From contig CBFIFZ010000001.1 in the NCBI GenBank assembly GCA_965661995.1, positions 3,987 to 67,986 on the forward strand: a DNA stretch of 64,000 nt. The letters run 5' to 3'. Origin of the DNA: Roseicyclus sp. GTDB taxonomy: Bacteria; Pseudomonadota; Alphaproteobacteria; Rhodobacterales; Rhodobacteraceae. The position numbers and the translations under genes are program-made. The notes below the pieces were generated by a model, which had not been told where the DNA came from, did no database searches, and saw only the letters and a list, made by a program, of their open reading frames with translations. Below are positions 10,527 through 19,420 of this stretch, piece after piece; the stretch's first letter is position 1, and every line of letters begins with the position of its first letter.

Positions 10527-11361
10527 AGGGGTCGATGTAGGGGTCCGAATAGGGATCTGAATATGGGTCAGTATAAGGATCGCTGTAGGGATCCGCATAG
10601 GGGTCCGCGTAGATCTCGCCGTCGGCACCGGCGGTGTCGTAGCCCAGCACCGGGCCGCCCAGCTCGAACCGGCGGTTCTGCAGGTAGAGCGAGCGCAGTT
10701 GCGCGTAGCTGTCGCTGCTTTCGTAAAGCACGCTTTCGAAGATGTCGCTGCTGTCGTAGCGATCCCCGAACCGGGCGAGGAAGCCCACCCCCGTCACGTA
10801 GGGCCGACTGTCCGCCGGGACGGCATGTCGGACAGGGTTGAGCGCGATATCGACCACGGTGCCGACCGTATCCCGCGTGGTGGACGGGCCGAAGACCGGC
10901 AGCATCACGAAATCGCCTTCGGGCACGCCCCAGACATGCAGCGTTTCGCCGAAGTCGGTCTCGCGTTCCTCGAGGCCGAGGGCCGTCGCCGGATCGAACA
11001 GGCCGCCGAGGCCGATGGTCGAGTTCACGAGGAACCGCAGCGTGTTGTGCGAGGCCTGCCCGACACGCACCTGCAGGAGGTTGTTCACGATGTAAGACGG
11101 CTGCGACAGGTTCGAGGCGAAGTTGCCGACACCCCGCCGAACGGGCTCGGGCACGACCGAGCCGTAACCGTCCGAGGCCGGTCCGACCAGCGCGCGGTCG
11201 ATCGACAGGTTGAACTGGTGCACGGCGCGGTTCTGCGCCTCGTCAGCGTCCACGATGCTGTCGCCTGGCGGCAGTGCGGCCGGCCCGCAGGCTGTCAGCA
11301 GCGCGAGCAGAAAAGCGGGCAAGACGGCCCGAAGCCGGACGATTGGGCGGGTGCAGGGCAA
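10516..11361 (-). CDS. mlaA: VacJ/MlaA lipoprotein (start approximate)
   Basis: Lipobox LLTAC, NSTIGLGGLFDPA, DFGETLHVWG, LPVFGPST.RD. Confidence 0.92.
   Translation of the reverse strand: MPCTRPIVRLRAVLPAFLLALLTACGPAALPPGDSIVDADEAQNRAVHQFNLSIDRALVGPASDGYGSVVPEPVRRGVGNFASNLSQPSYIVNNLLQVRVGQASHNTLRFLVNSTIGLGGLFDPATALGLEERETDFGETLHVWGVPEGDFVMLPVFGPSTTRDTVGTVVDIALNPVRHAVPADSRPYVTGVGFLARFGDRYDSSDIFESVLYESSDSYAQLRSLYLQNRRFELGGPVLGYDTAGADGEIYADPYADPYSDPYTDPYSDPYSDPYIDPYAP
10525..10608 (-). repeat. Seven degenerate 12-bp repeats encoding (x-D-P-Y)7 at the MlaA C-terminus
   Basis: ADPY ADPY SDPY TDPY SDPY SDPY IDPY. Confidence 0.9.
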
Positions 11362-11538
11362 GGCAGCTTCCCCGTGGGATCGTGAACGCAGGGGTGATCT
11401 AGCCGAGTGAAACCATTTTGAAAGGCGTCGGACGGCATCTAGTCACCGGGGTGTCCCCTTTGTTAGACGTGTCCGGGCGGGCCGGAGTCAAGGGCCGCCC
11501 CCGGGCCTTGCCCGATTTGCACGAGGACGATTGCCGAG

Positions 11539-13263
11539 ATGTCTCGCAGTTCCGGGGCCGGCCCCGATGACCTGACGCAGTTCCGCAGGCGGAACGCATG
11601 GCTCTTGTGGTCGGTGGCGCTGTTCAGCATGGCGGTGAACGCGCTGATGCTGACCGGGCCGCTTTACATGTTGCAGGTCTATGACCGCGTCCTCGGCTCA
11701 CGCTCGGAGGAAACGCTGGTCGCGCTGACCGTGCTGATCGCTTTCCTGTTCCTGATGATGGGCGTGCTCGATTACGTCCGCGGCCGTGTCGCCGCGCGCT
11801 ACGGGGCCCGCCTGCAGGAGGGGCTGGACGGTCGCATCTTCCGCGCGGCGCTGGCCCGCGCCCATACCACCGGTGAGCGGCAGACCGCGCTGCAGGACCT
11901 GAGCGCGGTGCAGCGTCTGCTGGCCTCGCCGGTGTTCATGGCGATCTTCGATCTGCCCTGGACGCCCCTGTTCATAGCCGCGATCTTCCTTTTTCACCCC
12001 TGGCTGGGCTGGCTTGCCGTCGGCGGTGCGGCGGTGCTGGTCGCCATCACGCTCATCAACCGGGCGATGACGCGTGCGCCGATCGCCGATTCGGCGGCCG
12101 CCTCGCAGGTCGCCGACCGCATGGCCGGAGAGATGCAGGCCGAGGCCGAGCTGATCCGCGCGCTGGGCATGCAGAACAACGCCTTTTCGCGCTGGCGCCG
12201 TCAGCGTGGCACGGCGCTTGGCGAAGGGATGCGCGCAGCCGACCGCGTCGGCGGCTTCACCGCGATGACGCGCACGACGCGGCTGTTCCTGCAATCGGCG
12301 ATCCTTGGCCTTGGGGCCTATCTCGTGCTGCAGGCCGAGATGACGGCGGGCGCGATGATCGCGGGCTCGATCCTGCTGGGCCGGGCGCTTGCGCCGATCG
12401 AACTGGCCATCGGCCAGTGGAACGCCATCGCCGAGGCCGGCCAGGGCTGGCGGCGCCTGCGCGAGCTTCTTGCCACGCAGCGCGAGCCTGCGCCGCGCAT
12501 GTCCCTGCCCAGGCCCAAGGCGCGGCTCGATGTGACACAGCTTTCCGTGGTGCCGCCGGGCTCGCGCGCACCGACGCTGCGCGGCGTCAGCTTCAAGGTC
12601 GAGCCGGGTCAGGCGGTGGGCGTGATCGGCCCTTCGGGCTCGGGCAAGTCGACGCTGGCGCGCGCCATCACCTCGGTCTGGCTGCCGGCGGCGGGGCAGA
12701 TCCGCCTCGATGGCGCCACGCTCGACCAGTACGATCCCGACGAGCTGGGCCTGCACATCGGCTACCTGCCGCAGGCCGTGACGCTTTTCGAGGGCACCAT
12801 CGCCGAAAACATCGCCCGCCTGACCGAGACGCCGGATACCGACAAGGTCGTGGCGGCGGCCCGCGCCGCGGCGGCGCACGAGATGATCCTGAACCTGCCC
12901 GAGGGCTACGAGACCCGCGTCTCTGGCCTTGGCGCGCGGCTCTCGGGCGGGCAGATCCAGCGCATCGGGCTGGCCCGCGCGCTCTACGGCGATCCGGTCC
13001 TGCTGGTGCTGGACGAGCCGAACTCGGCGCTCGACAACGACGGCTCCATCGCGCTCAACGCCGCGGTGCAGGAGATCAAGGCCGACGGCCGCGCGGTGCT
13101 GATCATGGCGCATCGCCCCTCGGCGATCCGGGAATGCGACCGACTGCTGGTTCTGACGGGCGGCGCGCCGACGATGTTCGGCCCGACGCAGGAGGTGTTG
13201 CAGAAGACGCTGGCCAATTACGCCGACATCCAGCGGGCCGCGGCCCCCGGAGGTGTGTCATGA
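11539..13263 (+). CDS. Type I secretion ABC permease/ATPase (PrtD/AprD family)
   Basis: LYMLQVYDRVL, FDLPWTP, GPSGSGKST, LSGGQ, LDEPNSALD. Confidence 0.93.
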   Translation: MSRSSGAGPDDLTQFRRRNAWLLWSVALFSMAVNALMLTGPLYMLQVYDRVLGSRSEETLVALTVLIAFLFLMMGVLDYVRGRVAARYGARLQEGLDGRIFRAALARAHTTGERQTALQDLSAVQRLLASPVFMAIFDLPWTPLFIAAIFLFHPWLGWLAVGGAAVLVAITLINRAMTRAPIADSAAASQVADRMAGEMQAEAELIRALGMQNNAFSRWRRQRGTALGEGMRAADRVGGFTAMTRTTRLFLQSAILGLGAYLVLQAEMTAGAMIAGSILLGRALAPIELAIGQWNAIAEAGQGWRRLRELLATQREPAPRMSLPRPKARLDVTQLSVVPPGSRAPTLRGVSFKVEPGQAVGVIGPSGSGKSTLARAITSVWLPAAGQIRLDGATLDQYDPDELGLHIGYLPQAVTLFEGTIAENIARLTETPDTDKVVAAARAAAAHEMILNLPEGYETRVSGLGARLSGGQIQRIGLARALYGDPVLLVLDEPNSALDNDGSIALNAAVQEIKADGRAVLIMAHRPSAIRECDRLLVLTGGAPTMFGPTQEVLQKTLANYADIQRAAAPGGVS

Positions 13264-14573
13264 GTGCCCGCCCCGATCCCGCCCGCGCCTGGTCCGTGCG
13301 CGGTCCGCTGCTGACCGGGCTGGTCGCCATGTCGATCCTGCTGGGCGGCTTCGGCGGCTGGGCGGTGCTGAGCGAACTGTCAGGCGCGGTCATCGCCACC
13401 GGCCGGATCGAGGTGGACCGCAACCGCCAGGCCATCCAGCACCCCGAGGGGGGTGTCGTCGCCGAGCTTCTGATCGACGAGGGCGACCGGGTCGAGGCGG
13501 GCGATGCGATCCTGCGCCTTGCCCCCGGCCAGTTGGCGCGCGACCTCGCCGTGGCAGGGGCGCAGCTCTTCGAGGTGCGCGTGCGCCGCGCCCGGCTCGA
13601 GGCCGAGCGCGACGGCGCGGCGGCGGTGAGCTTCCCCGCCGACCTTGTCGCGCGCGCTGCCGAGGACGCCGAGCTTGTCGATCTGTTGCAGGGTCAGGAG
13701 AACCTCTTCGCCGCCCGGGTCGAGACGCTGAGCCGCGAGACCGAGCAGCTGCGCGGGCGCATCACCCAGATCGAGGCGCAGATCGCGGCCGTCGATGCGC
13801 AGGAGGCTGCCCTTCAGGAACAGCTCGCCCTGGTCGAGACCGACCTCGAGCGTCAGCAGGGGCTGCTCGAGCGTGGCCTGATCCAGTCCGATCCGATCCT
13901 GCGCCTGCAGCGCGACGCGGCGCAGCTGCGCGGGTCTTTGGGCCAACTCGAGGCCCGCAAGGCGGAGGCCGCCGAGCGCATCATCGAGACCGATCTTGCC
14001 ATCCTGCAGCTCGACACCGCCCGCCGGGAGGAGGCCATCGCGCAACTGCGCGAGATCCGCGTCACCGAGGAGGAGCTGCGCCAGCGTGTCACCGACCTCG
14101 ACCGCCGCATGGCCGAGCTGGACCTGCGGGCGCCGGTTGCCGGCCGCATCCTCGGGCTGCGTGTCTTCGGCCCGCAATCGGTGGTCCGCGCGGCCGATCC
14201 GGTCGCCTATCTCGTGCCCGAGGGGCGGCCGCTCATCATCACGGCACAGGTGCCCGCGATCGACGTGGACCAGGTCTTTGTCGGGCAGGAGGTGACGCTG
14301 CGCTTTCCCGCCTTCGACATGCGCAACATGGCCGACGTGATCGGACAGGTGAGCCAGGTTTCGGCCGATATCTTCACCGACGAGGGTACCGGCCTGAACT
14401 TCTACCGGGCCGAGATCGTGCTGGACGAGGGCGAGATCGCCCGCCTCGCGCCCCGGCAGCTTTTGCCCGGCATGCCGGTCGAAGCCTATATCCGCACCGA
14501 GAACCGCACGCCGCTGGCCTACCTGCTGGAGCCTTTCACGGCCTATTTCTCACGCGCCTTCCGCGAAAGTTGA
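13260..14573 (+). CDS. HlyD/PrtE family type I secretion membrane fusion protein
   Basis: IQHPEGGVVAE, long coiled coil, LRAPVAG, LLPGMPVEAYI; ATGA overlap with the ABC gene. Confidence 0.93.
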   Translation: MSARPDPARAWSVRGPLLTGLVAMSILLGGFGGWAVLSELSGAVIATGRIEVDRNRQAIQHPEGGVVAELLIDEGDRVEAGDAILRLAPGQLARDLAVAGAQLFEVRVRRARLEAERDGAAAVSFPADLVARAAEDAELVDLLQGQENLFAARVETLSRETEQLRGRITQIEAQIAAVDAQEAALQEQLALVETDLERQQGLLERGLIQSDPILRLQRDAAQLRGSLGQLEARKAEAAERIIETDLAILQLDTARREEAIAQLREIRVTEEELRQRVTDLDRRMAELDLRAPVAGRILGLRVFGPQSVVRAADPVAYLVPEGRPLIITAQVPAIDVDQVFVGQEVTLRFPAFDMRNMADVIGQVSQVSADIFTDEGTGLNFYRAEIVLDEGEIARLAPRQLLPGMPVEAYIRTENRTPLAYLLEPFTAYFSRAFRES

Positions 14574-14657
14574 GGGCCGGGGCCGCGGCGGCCCTTTTCC
14601 TTTCACCGGCGCGCCGCTAGCTTCGCGCAAGACACACAAGGGTGGGAGCATACCGAC

Positions 14658-15140
14658 ATGGCTGGAGAGATCGACGCGCGCTTGGCAGAGCTTGGGATCG
14701 TGCTGGACGCACCCCCGCCTGCACCGGGCGCCAATTACGTGCCCTATGTCATTGCGGGCGACATCGTCCATGTCTCGGGACAGGTTCCTATGACCTCGGC
14801 GGGGCTTTCGACGCTGATCAAGGGCCGGCTCGGCGCCGACATGGAGATCGAGGCCGGCGCGGCTGCAGCGCGGCTCTGCGCGATGAACCTGCTGGCGCAG
14901 GTCAAGGCGGCCTGCGGCGGCGATCTCGACCGGCTGGTGCGCGTGGTCAAGCTGACCGGTTTCGTCAACTCCACGCCCGAATTCGGCGACCAGCCCAAGG
15001 TGGTCAACGGTGCCTCTGACCTGTTCGTCGAGGTGCTGGGCGACAAGGGGCGGCATGCCCGCTCGGCAGTAAGTGCCGGGGCCCTGCCCTTCGGCTGCGC
15101 CGTCGAGGTCGAAGGCGTCTTCCAGATCAATCCGGCCTGA
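14658..15140 (+). CDS. RidA/YjgF family protein
   Basis: ANYVP, SGQVP, NGASDL, HARSAV. Confidence 0.9.
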   Translation: MAGEIDARLAELGIVLDAPPPAPGANYVPYVIAGDIVHVSGQVPMTSAGLSTLIKGRLGADMEIEAGAAAARLCAMNLLAQVKAACGGDLDRLVRVVKLTGFVNSTPEFGDQPKVVNGASDLFVEVLGDKGRHARSAVSAGALPFGCAVEVEGVFQINPA

Positions 15141-15149
15141 GGCCGCGCC

Positions 15150-15926
15150 ATGCCCGAGCTTCCGCGATCCTTCACCGCGCGGCCCATCGCGCATCGCGCC
15201 CTGCATGACGAGGGCGCGGGGGTGATCGAGAACAGCCCGACGGCGATACGGCGGGCGATGCGCGCGGGCTACGGCATCGAACTGGACCTGCAGCTCAGCT
15301 CGGACGGCGTGGCGATGGTGTTCCACGACGACACGCTCGACCGGCTGACGCAGACCACCGGCCAGGTGCGGGGCCGCACCGCGCGCGAGCTGGGCGACCT
15401 GCGCCTCGGCGGCAGCGAGGATCACATCCCGACGCTGTCGGAAGTGCTCGAGATGGTGGACGGGGCCGTGCCCCTCCTGCTCGAGCTCAAGGACCAGTCC
15501 GGCGGGTTGGGGCAGGCCGAGGCCGATCTCGAGCGCGCCGTGGCGATGGAACTCGACGGCTATGGCGGCGATGTCGCCGTCATGTCCTTCAATCCCTACA
15601 TGATCGCGCAGATGCGCGCGCTTGCCCCGGATGTGCCGCGCGGGCTGGTCACCAGTGGCTACATCCCCTCGCAATGGCCGCACCTGTCGGCCGAGACCTG
15701 CACCGCGCTGCGCAGCATCGCCAGTTTCGGGCAGGTGGGCGCGCGGTTCATCAGCCATGACTGGAAAGACCTCGGCAGTCCGCGCGTGGCCGAGTTGAAG
15801 GCACAAGGCGTGCCGATCCTGTGCTGGACGATCCGCAGCGCGCAGGACGAGGCGCAGGCACGCCGCATCGCCGACACGGTGACCTTCGAGGGCTACATGC
15901 CGCCGCTCGACCCGCTGCAGGATTGA
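15150..15926 (+). CDS. Glycerophosphodiester phosphodiesterase family protein
   Basis: IAHRALH, ENS, IELD, VFHDDTLDRLT. Confidence 0.9.
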   Translation: MPELPRSFTARPIAHRALHDEGAGVIENSPTAIRRAMRAGYGIELDLQLSSDGVAMVFHDDTLDRLTQTTGQVRGRTARELGDLRLGGSEDHIPTLSEVLEMVDGAVPLLLELKDQSGGLGQAEADLERAVAMELDGYGGDVAVMSFNPYMIAQMRALAPDVPRGLVTSGYIPSQWPHLSAETCTALRSIASFGQVGARFISHDWKDLGSPRVAELKAQGVPILCWTIRSAQDEAQARRIADTVTFEGYMPPLDPLQD

Positions 15927-15979
15927 CGCCGCGCGCGTCCGACCCATCTGATGCAACGTCCCATGCAGAGGCCGGAGGC

Positions 15980-17176
15980 ATGCCCGTGGACGGAAGCCAA
16001 CCCATCGAGATCGAGGTCCTGTCGTCGCTCACCCAGATCGACGCGGCCGACTGGGATGCCTGCGCCTGCCCCGAGGTGGCGGATGGCGGGCAGCCCGACG
16101 ATCCGTTCACGACGCACCGCTTCCTGATGGCGCTGGAACGGTCGCGCTCGGTCGGCACCGGCACGGGCTGGGCGCCGCGGCACATTGTGGCCCGCGCCGA
16201 GGGGCAGGTGATCGCGGTCACGCCGCTCTATGCCAAGGGACACAGCCAGGGCGAATACATCTTCGACCACAACTGGGCCCATGCCTATGAACGCGCGGGC
16301 GGGCGCTATTACCCCAAGCTGCAGATGGCCGTGCCCTTCACGCCTGCCACCGGGCGGCGCTTCCTGACGCGGCCGGGCTGGCGCGAGACGGGCATGGCGG
16401 CGCTCGTGCAGGGTGCGGTGCAACTGGCCGACGAGAACGACCTGAGTTCGCTTCACATCACCTTCTGCACCGAGGAAGAGGCCGAGGCAGGCGCGAAAAT
16501 GGGCCTGATGGCCCGCGCAAGCCAGCAGTTTCATTGGGAAAACCACGGCTACGCCGATTTCGACGGCTTCCTCGCCTCGCTCAGTTCGCGCAAGCGCAAG
16601 AACATCCGCAAGGAGCGCGCCGAGGCGCAAGACTTCGGCGGCGAGATCGTGGCGCTGACCGGCGACCAGATCAAACCCGAGCATTGGGACGCCTTCTGGG
16701 TCTTCTACCAGGACACCGGCGCGCGGAAATGGGGGCAGCCCTACCTGACGCGGTCCTTCTTCGATCTCGCGCAGGACCGGCTGCGCGACGACATGCTTCT
16801 GGTGCTGGCCCTGTGCGACGGGCGGCCCGTGGCGGGTGCGCTGAATTTCATCGGGCGCGACGTGCTCTTTGGCCGCTACTGGGGCTGCACCGAGCATCAC
16901 CCCTGCCTGCATTTCGAACTGTGCTACTATCAGGCGATCGATTTCGCCATTGCGAATGGCCTGTCGCGAGTCGAGGCAGGCGCGCAGGGGATGCACAAGC
17001 TGGCGCGCGGCTACATGCCGGTGCAGACCCATTCGCTGCACTGGGTGCGCGACGCGGGCTTTGCCGAGGCAATCGCGCGCTACCTCGAGGCCGAGCGCGA
17101 GGCGGTGGACGAAGAGATCGAGGTGATGACGGGCTATGGCCCGTTCAAACGAACGCAAGTGGAGGAGCAGGACTGA
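15980..17176 (+). CDS. GNAT-fold FemAB-like protein (DUF482)
   Basis: [53 protein letters not shown]. Confidence 0.9.
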   Translation: MPVDGSQPIEIEVLSSLTQIDAADWDACACPEVADGGQPDDPFTTHRFLMALERSRSVGTGTGWAPRHIVARAEGQVIAVTPLYAKGHSQGEYIFDHNWAHAYERAGGRYYPKLQMAVPFTPATGRRFLTRPGWRETGMAALVQGAVQLADENDLSSLHITFCTEEEAEAGAKMGLMARASQQFHWENHGYADFDGFLASLSSRKRKNIRKERAEAQDFGGEIVALTGDQIKPEHWDAFWVFYQDTGARKWGQPYLTRSFFDLAQDRLRDDMLLVLALCDGRPVAGALNFIGRDVLFGRYWGCTEHHPCLHFELCYYQAIDFAIANGLSRVEAGAQGMHKLARGYMPVQTHSLHWVRDAGFAEAIARYLEAEREAVDEEIEVMTGYGPFKRTQVEEQD

Positions 17177-17475
17177 TGCAGGCACACAAGCTGGAGGGGG
17201 CGGACCGGGACAAGGCCGTCGCGGCGCTGGCCGAGCATGGCTGGGCCATGGTCGAGGGACGCGAGGCGATCACCAAGCGTTTCGTCTTCGACGATTTCAA
17301 CGCGGCTTTCGGCTGGATGACGCGGGTGGCGCTGGTGGCCGAGCACATGAACCACCACCCCGAGTGGTTCAACGTCTACAAGACGGTGGAGGTGACGCTG
17401 GCCACCCATGACGTGGGCGGCCTCAGCAACCTCGACGTGGCGCTGGCCTCCAAGATGGACCGGCTGTCGGGATAG
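17176..17475 (+). CDS. phhB: Pterin-4-alpha-carbinolamine dehydratase
   Basis: [28 protein letters not shown]. Confidence 0.92.
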   Translation: MQAHKLEGADRDKAVAALAEHGWAMVEGREAITKRFVFDDFNAAFGWMTRVALVAEHMNHHPEWFNVYKTVEVTLATHDVGGLSNLDVALASKMDRLSG

Positions 17476-17482
17476 GGCTTTC

Positions 17483-17535
17483 TTGACAGGTCGCCGACCC
17501 TTCGGCTTCTTGGAATCACATTTTGTGATTTCAAG
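17483..17535 (+). promoter_or_regulatory. Putative promoter (-35 TTGACA) with overlapping palindromic operator upstream of the ORF6N gene
   Basis: TTGACA 17483-17488; cttggaatcaca-ttt-tgtgatttcaag 17509-17535 (12-bp arms, one mismatch). Confidence 0.7.
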
Positions 17536-17550
17536 TTCCGGGTGCCGTAA

Positions 17551-18348
17551 GTGTCCGCCCAGTCGTCCATTCCCGTCTACCAGCTTCGCGGCTATCCCGT
17601 CGCTCTCGACAGTGACATCGCCGAGCGGTTCGGCACGAAGACCGGTCCGTTCAACCAGACGATCCGGCGAAACATCGACCGGTTTTCCGAGGATTTTGCC
17701 TTTCAGCTGACCACCGAGGAGTGGGAGGACTTGAAATCACAAGATGTGATTTCAAGTGGCCATGGCGGGCGGCGGACGGCCCCTTGGGCCTTCACCGAAC
17801 ATGGTGTGGTGATGGCGGCGACCCTGTTGCGCACCGAGGCCGCGATTGCCGCATCGCGCGTCATCGTGCGCACCTTCGTCGCCGCCCGCCGCGCCGAGGC
17901 GCTGTTGCCCGAAGGCACGAACCTTCCCCTGCAGATTGACCTGGCCGAAACGCTGCCCTCCGCCGAGGCCCGGGGGGCCGCGCATGCGCTGGCGCGTCGG
18001 GCCGCGGGCATGATCGACCGTATCCTCGACACGATCGCCAATGACGATGAAGGCACCACCGTCCGGGAAGAGGGGCGCGCCATCCTCACCAAGAGCCTTG
18101 GCGCGATCCGCGCGCATCTCGACGCGAAGGGGATCGCCAACGAAAAGACCGTGGCCGAGATCAGGAAGACCCTGACCGAGATCGAGGCGATCGACACCGA
18201 CATCATCGCCAGGCAGATCGAGGCGGATCACCGCCGCCTCGCCTATCTCGCCAAGCAGATGCAGATGGTCATCGCGGCGCAGACCTATCTCGAGACGGGC
18301 GAAGCGACAGGATTTCTCGAGACGCTTCGCACCCTATCGGGCGAGTAG
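17551..18348 (+). CDS. ORF6N (KilA-N-like) DNA-binding domain protein with helical C-terminus
   Basis: YQLRGYPVALDSDIAERFG...NQTIRRNIDRFSEDFAFQLTTEEW.DLKSQDVISS..GGRRTAPWAFTEHGVVMAATLL; GTG start. Confidence 0.88.
   Translation: MSAQSSIPVYQLRGYPVALDSDIAERFGTKTGPFNQTIRRNIDRFSEDFAFQLTTEEWEDLKSQDVISSGHGGRRTAPWAFTEHGVVMAATLLRTEAAIAASRVIVRTFVAARRAEALLPEGTNLPLQIDLAETLPSAEARGAAHALARRAAGMIDRILDTIANDDEGTTVREEGRAILTKSLGAIRAHLDAKGIANEKTVAEIRKTLTEIEAIDTDIIARQIEADHRRLAYLAKQMQMVIAAQTYLETGEATGFLETLRTLSGE
17729..17757. repeat. Perfect intragenic palindrome, second copy of the promoter palindrome
   Basis: acttgaaatcaca-aga-tgtgatttcaagt (13-bp perfect arms). Confidence 0.92.
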
Positions 18349-18356
18349 CTCTCGTC

Positions 18357-18854
18357 TCAGATTTCCTCGAGCAGCGCCTCGCCCGTCGAGATGGCGCATT
18401 CACCCGGTTTTTCGAGCTGGAGAACCGTGACTACGCCATCCTCGGCCACCATGGCATAGCGCCGCGAACGATCGTAGAAGCCGACCTCCGGCTTGTCGAA
18501 GTTGAGGCCCAGGGCCTTGGTAAAGGCGGCGTCCCCGTCGGCAAGCATGGTGATCCCGGCCGCCGTGGCACCCGTGGTCTCACCCCAAAGGCGCATGACA
18601 TGAGCGTCGTTGACCGAAACGCAAAGGATCGCGTCGATCCCCTTGGCGTCGAACTGCGGCTTGGTTCGCACGAAGCTTGGCAGATGCGTGCCGTCACAGG
18701 TGGGCGTGAAGGCACCCGGAACCCCGATGATCACGACGCGCCGCCCGTTCGTCAGGTCGGCCAACCGGACCTCGGAGGGTCCGTCAGGCCCCATCTGCTG
18801 GAATCGCGCGTCGGGCAGCCCGTCTCCGACGGATACGACCTGGGTCATGGTCAC
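18357..18854 (-). CDS. Peroxiredoxin, Prx5/Redoxin family, copy 1 (start 18854 GTG or 18848 ATG)
   Basis: VPGAFTPTCDGTHLPSF, SVNDAHVM..W, RSRRYAM. Confidence 0.92.
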   Translation of the reverse strand: MTMTQVVSVGDGLPDARFQQMGPDGPSEVRLADLTNGRRVVIIGVPGAFTPTCDGTHLPSFVRTKPQFDAKGIDAILCVSVNDAHVMRLWGETTGATAAGITMLADGDAAFTKALGLNFDKPEVGFYDRSRRYAMVAEDGVVTVLQLEKPGECAISTGEALLEEI

Positions 18855-19336
18855 ATCGTCTCCAGCAGGTGTTCACCCTGCGAGATCTCGCAGACGCCGG
18901 GTTCATCGACATTGGCATGGGTGACGACACCGTCATCCAGCACGACAGCGTAGCGATTCGAGCGCCCGATCAGTCCGATCTGCGGGGCGGTGAATTCCAT
19001 CTTGAGGGCATGGGTCAGCTTGCCTTCGGCATCGCCGAGCATGGTGATACCCGCCGCGGTCGCGCCTGTGGCTTCACCCCAGGCTTTCAGAACGAACGGG
19101 TCGTTGACGGAGATGCATATGATCTCGGCGATGCCCTTGTCGCGGAAGGCGGCCGCGGTCCGGATGAAGCTGGGAACATGTGCTGTGCTGCACGGACCGG
19201 TGAAGGCACCGGGCAGACCGAACACGATGACCTTGCGACCGGCCACGTACTCGGAAAGGCTCAGCAGTTTCGGTCCGTCCTCGGCCAGGATCGACAGCTG
19301 TGCATCGGGAAATGTATCGCCGACGGAAATGGTCAT
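18851..19336 (-). CDS. Peroxiredoxin, Prx5/Redoxin family, copy 2
   Basis: MTISVGDTFP, LPGAFTGPCSTAHVPSF, SVNDPFV, RSNRYA. Confidence 0.92.
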   Translation of the reverse strand: MTISVGDTFPDAQLSILAEDGPKLLSLSEYVAGRKVIVFGLPGAFTGPCSTAHVPSFIRTAAAFRDKGIAEIICISVNDPFVLKAWGEATGATAAGITMLGDAEGKLTHALKMEFTAPQIGLIGRSNRYAVVLDDGVVTHANVDEPGVCEISQGEHLLETM

Positions 19337-19420
19337 GATGGGGTGCTCCCTCGCTTGTGTATCCGTTCGCCCGCCATATAGGGTCCGCGCGACAGGCGGC
19401 CAACGCGAAAGGTGAGAGCG

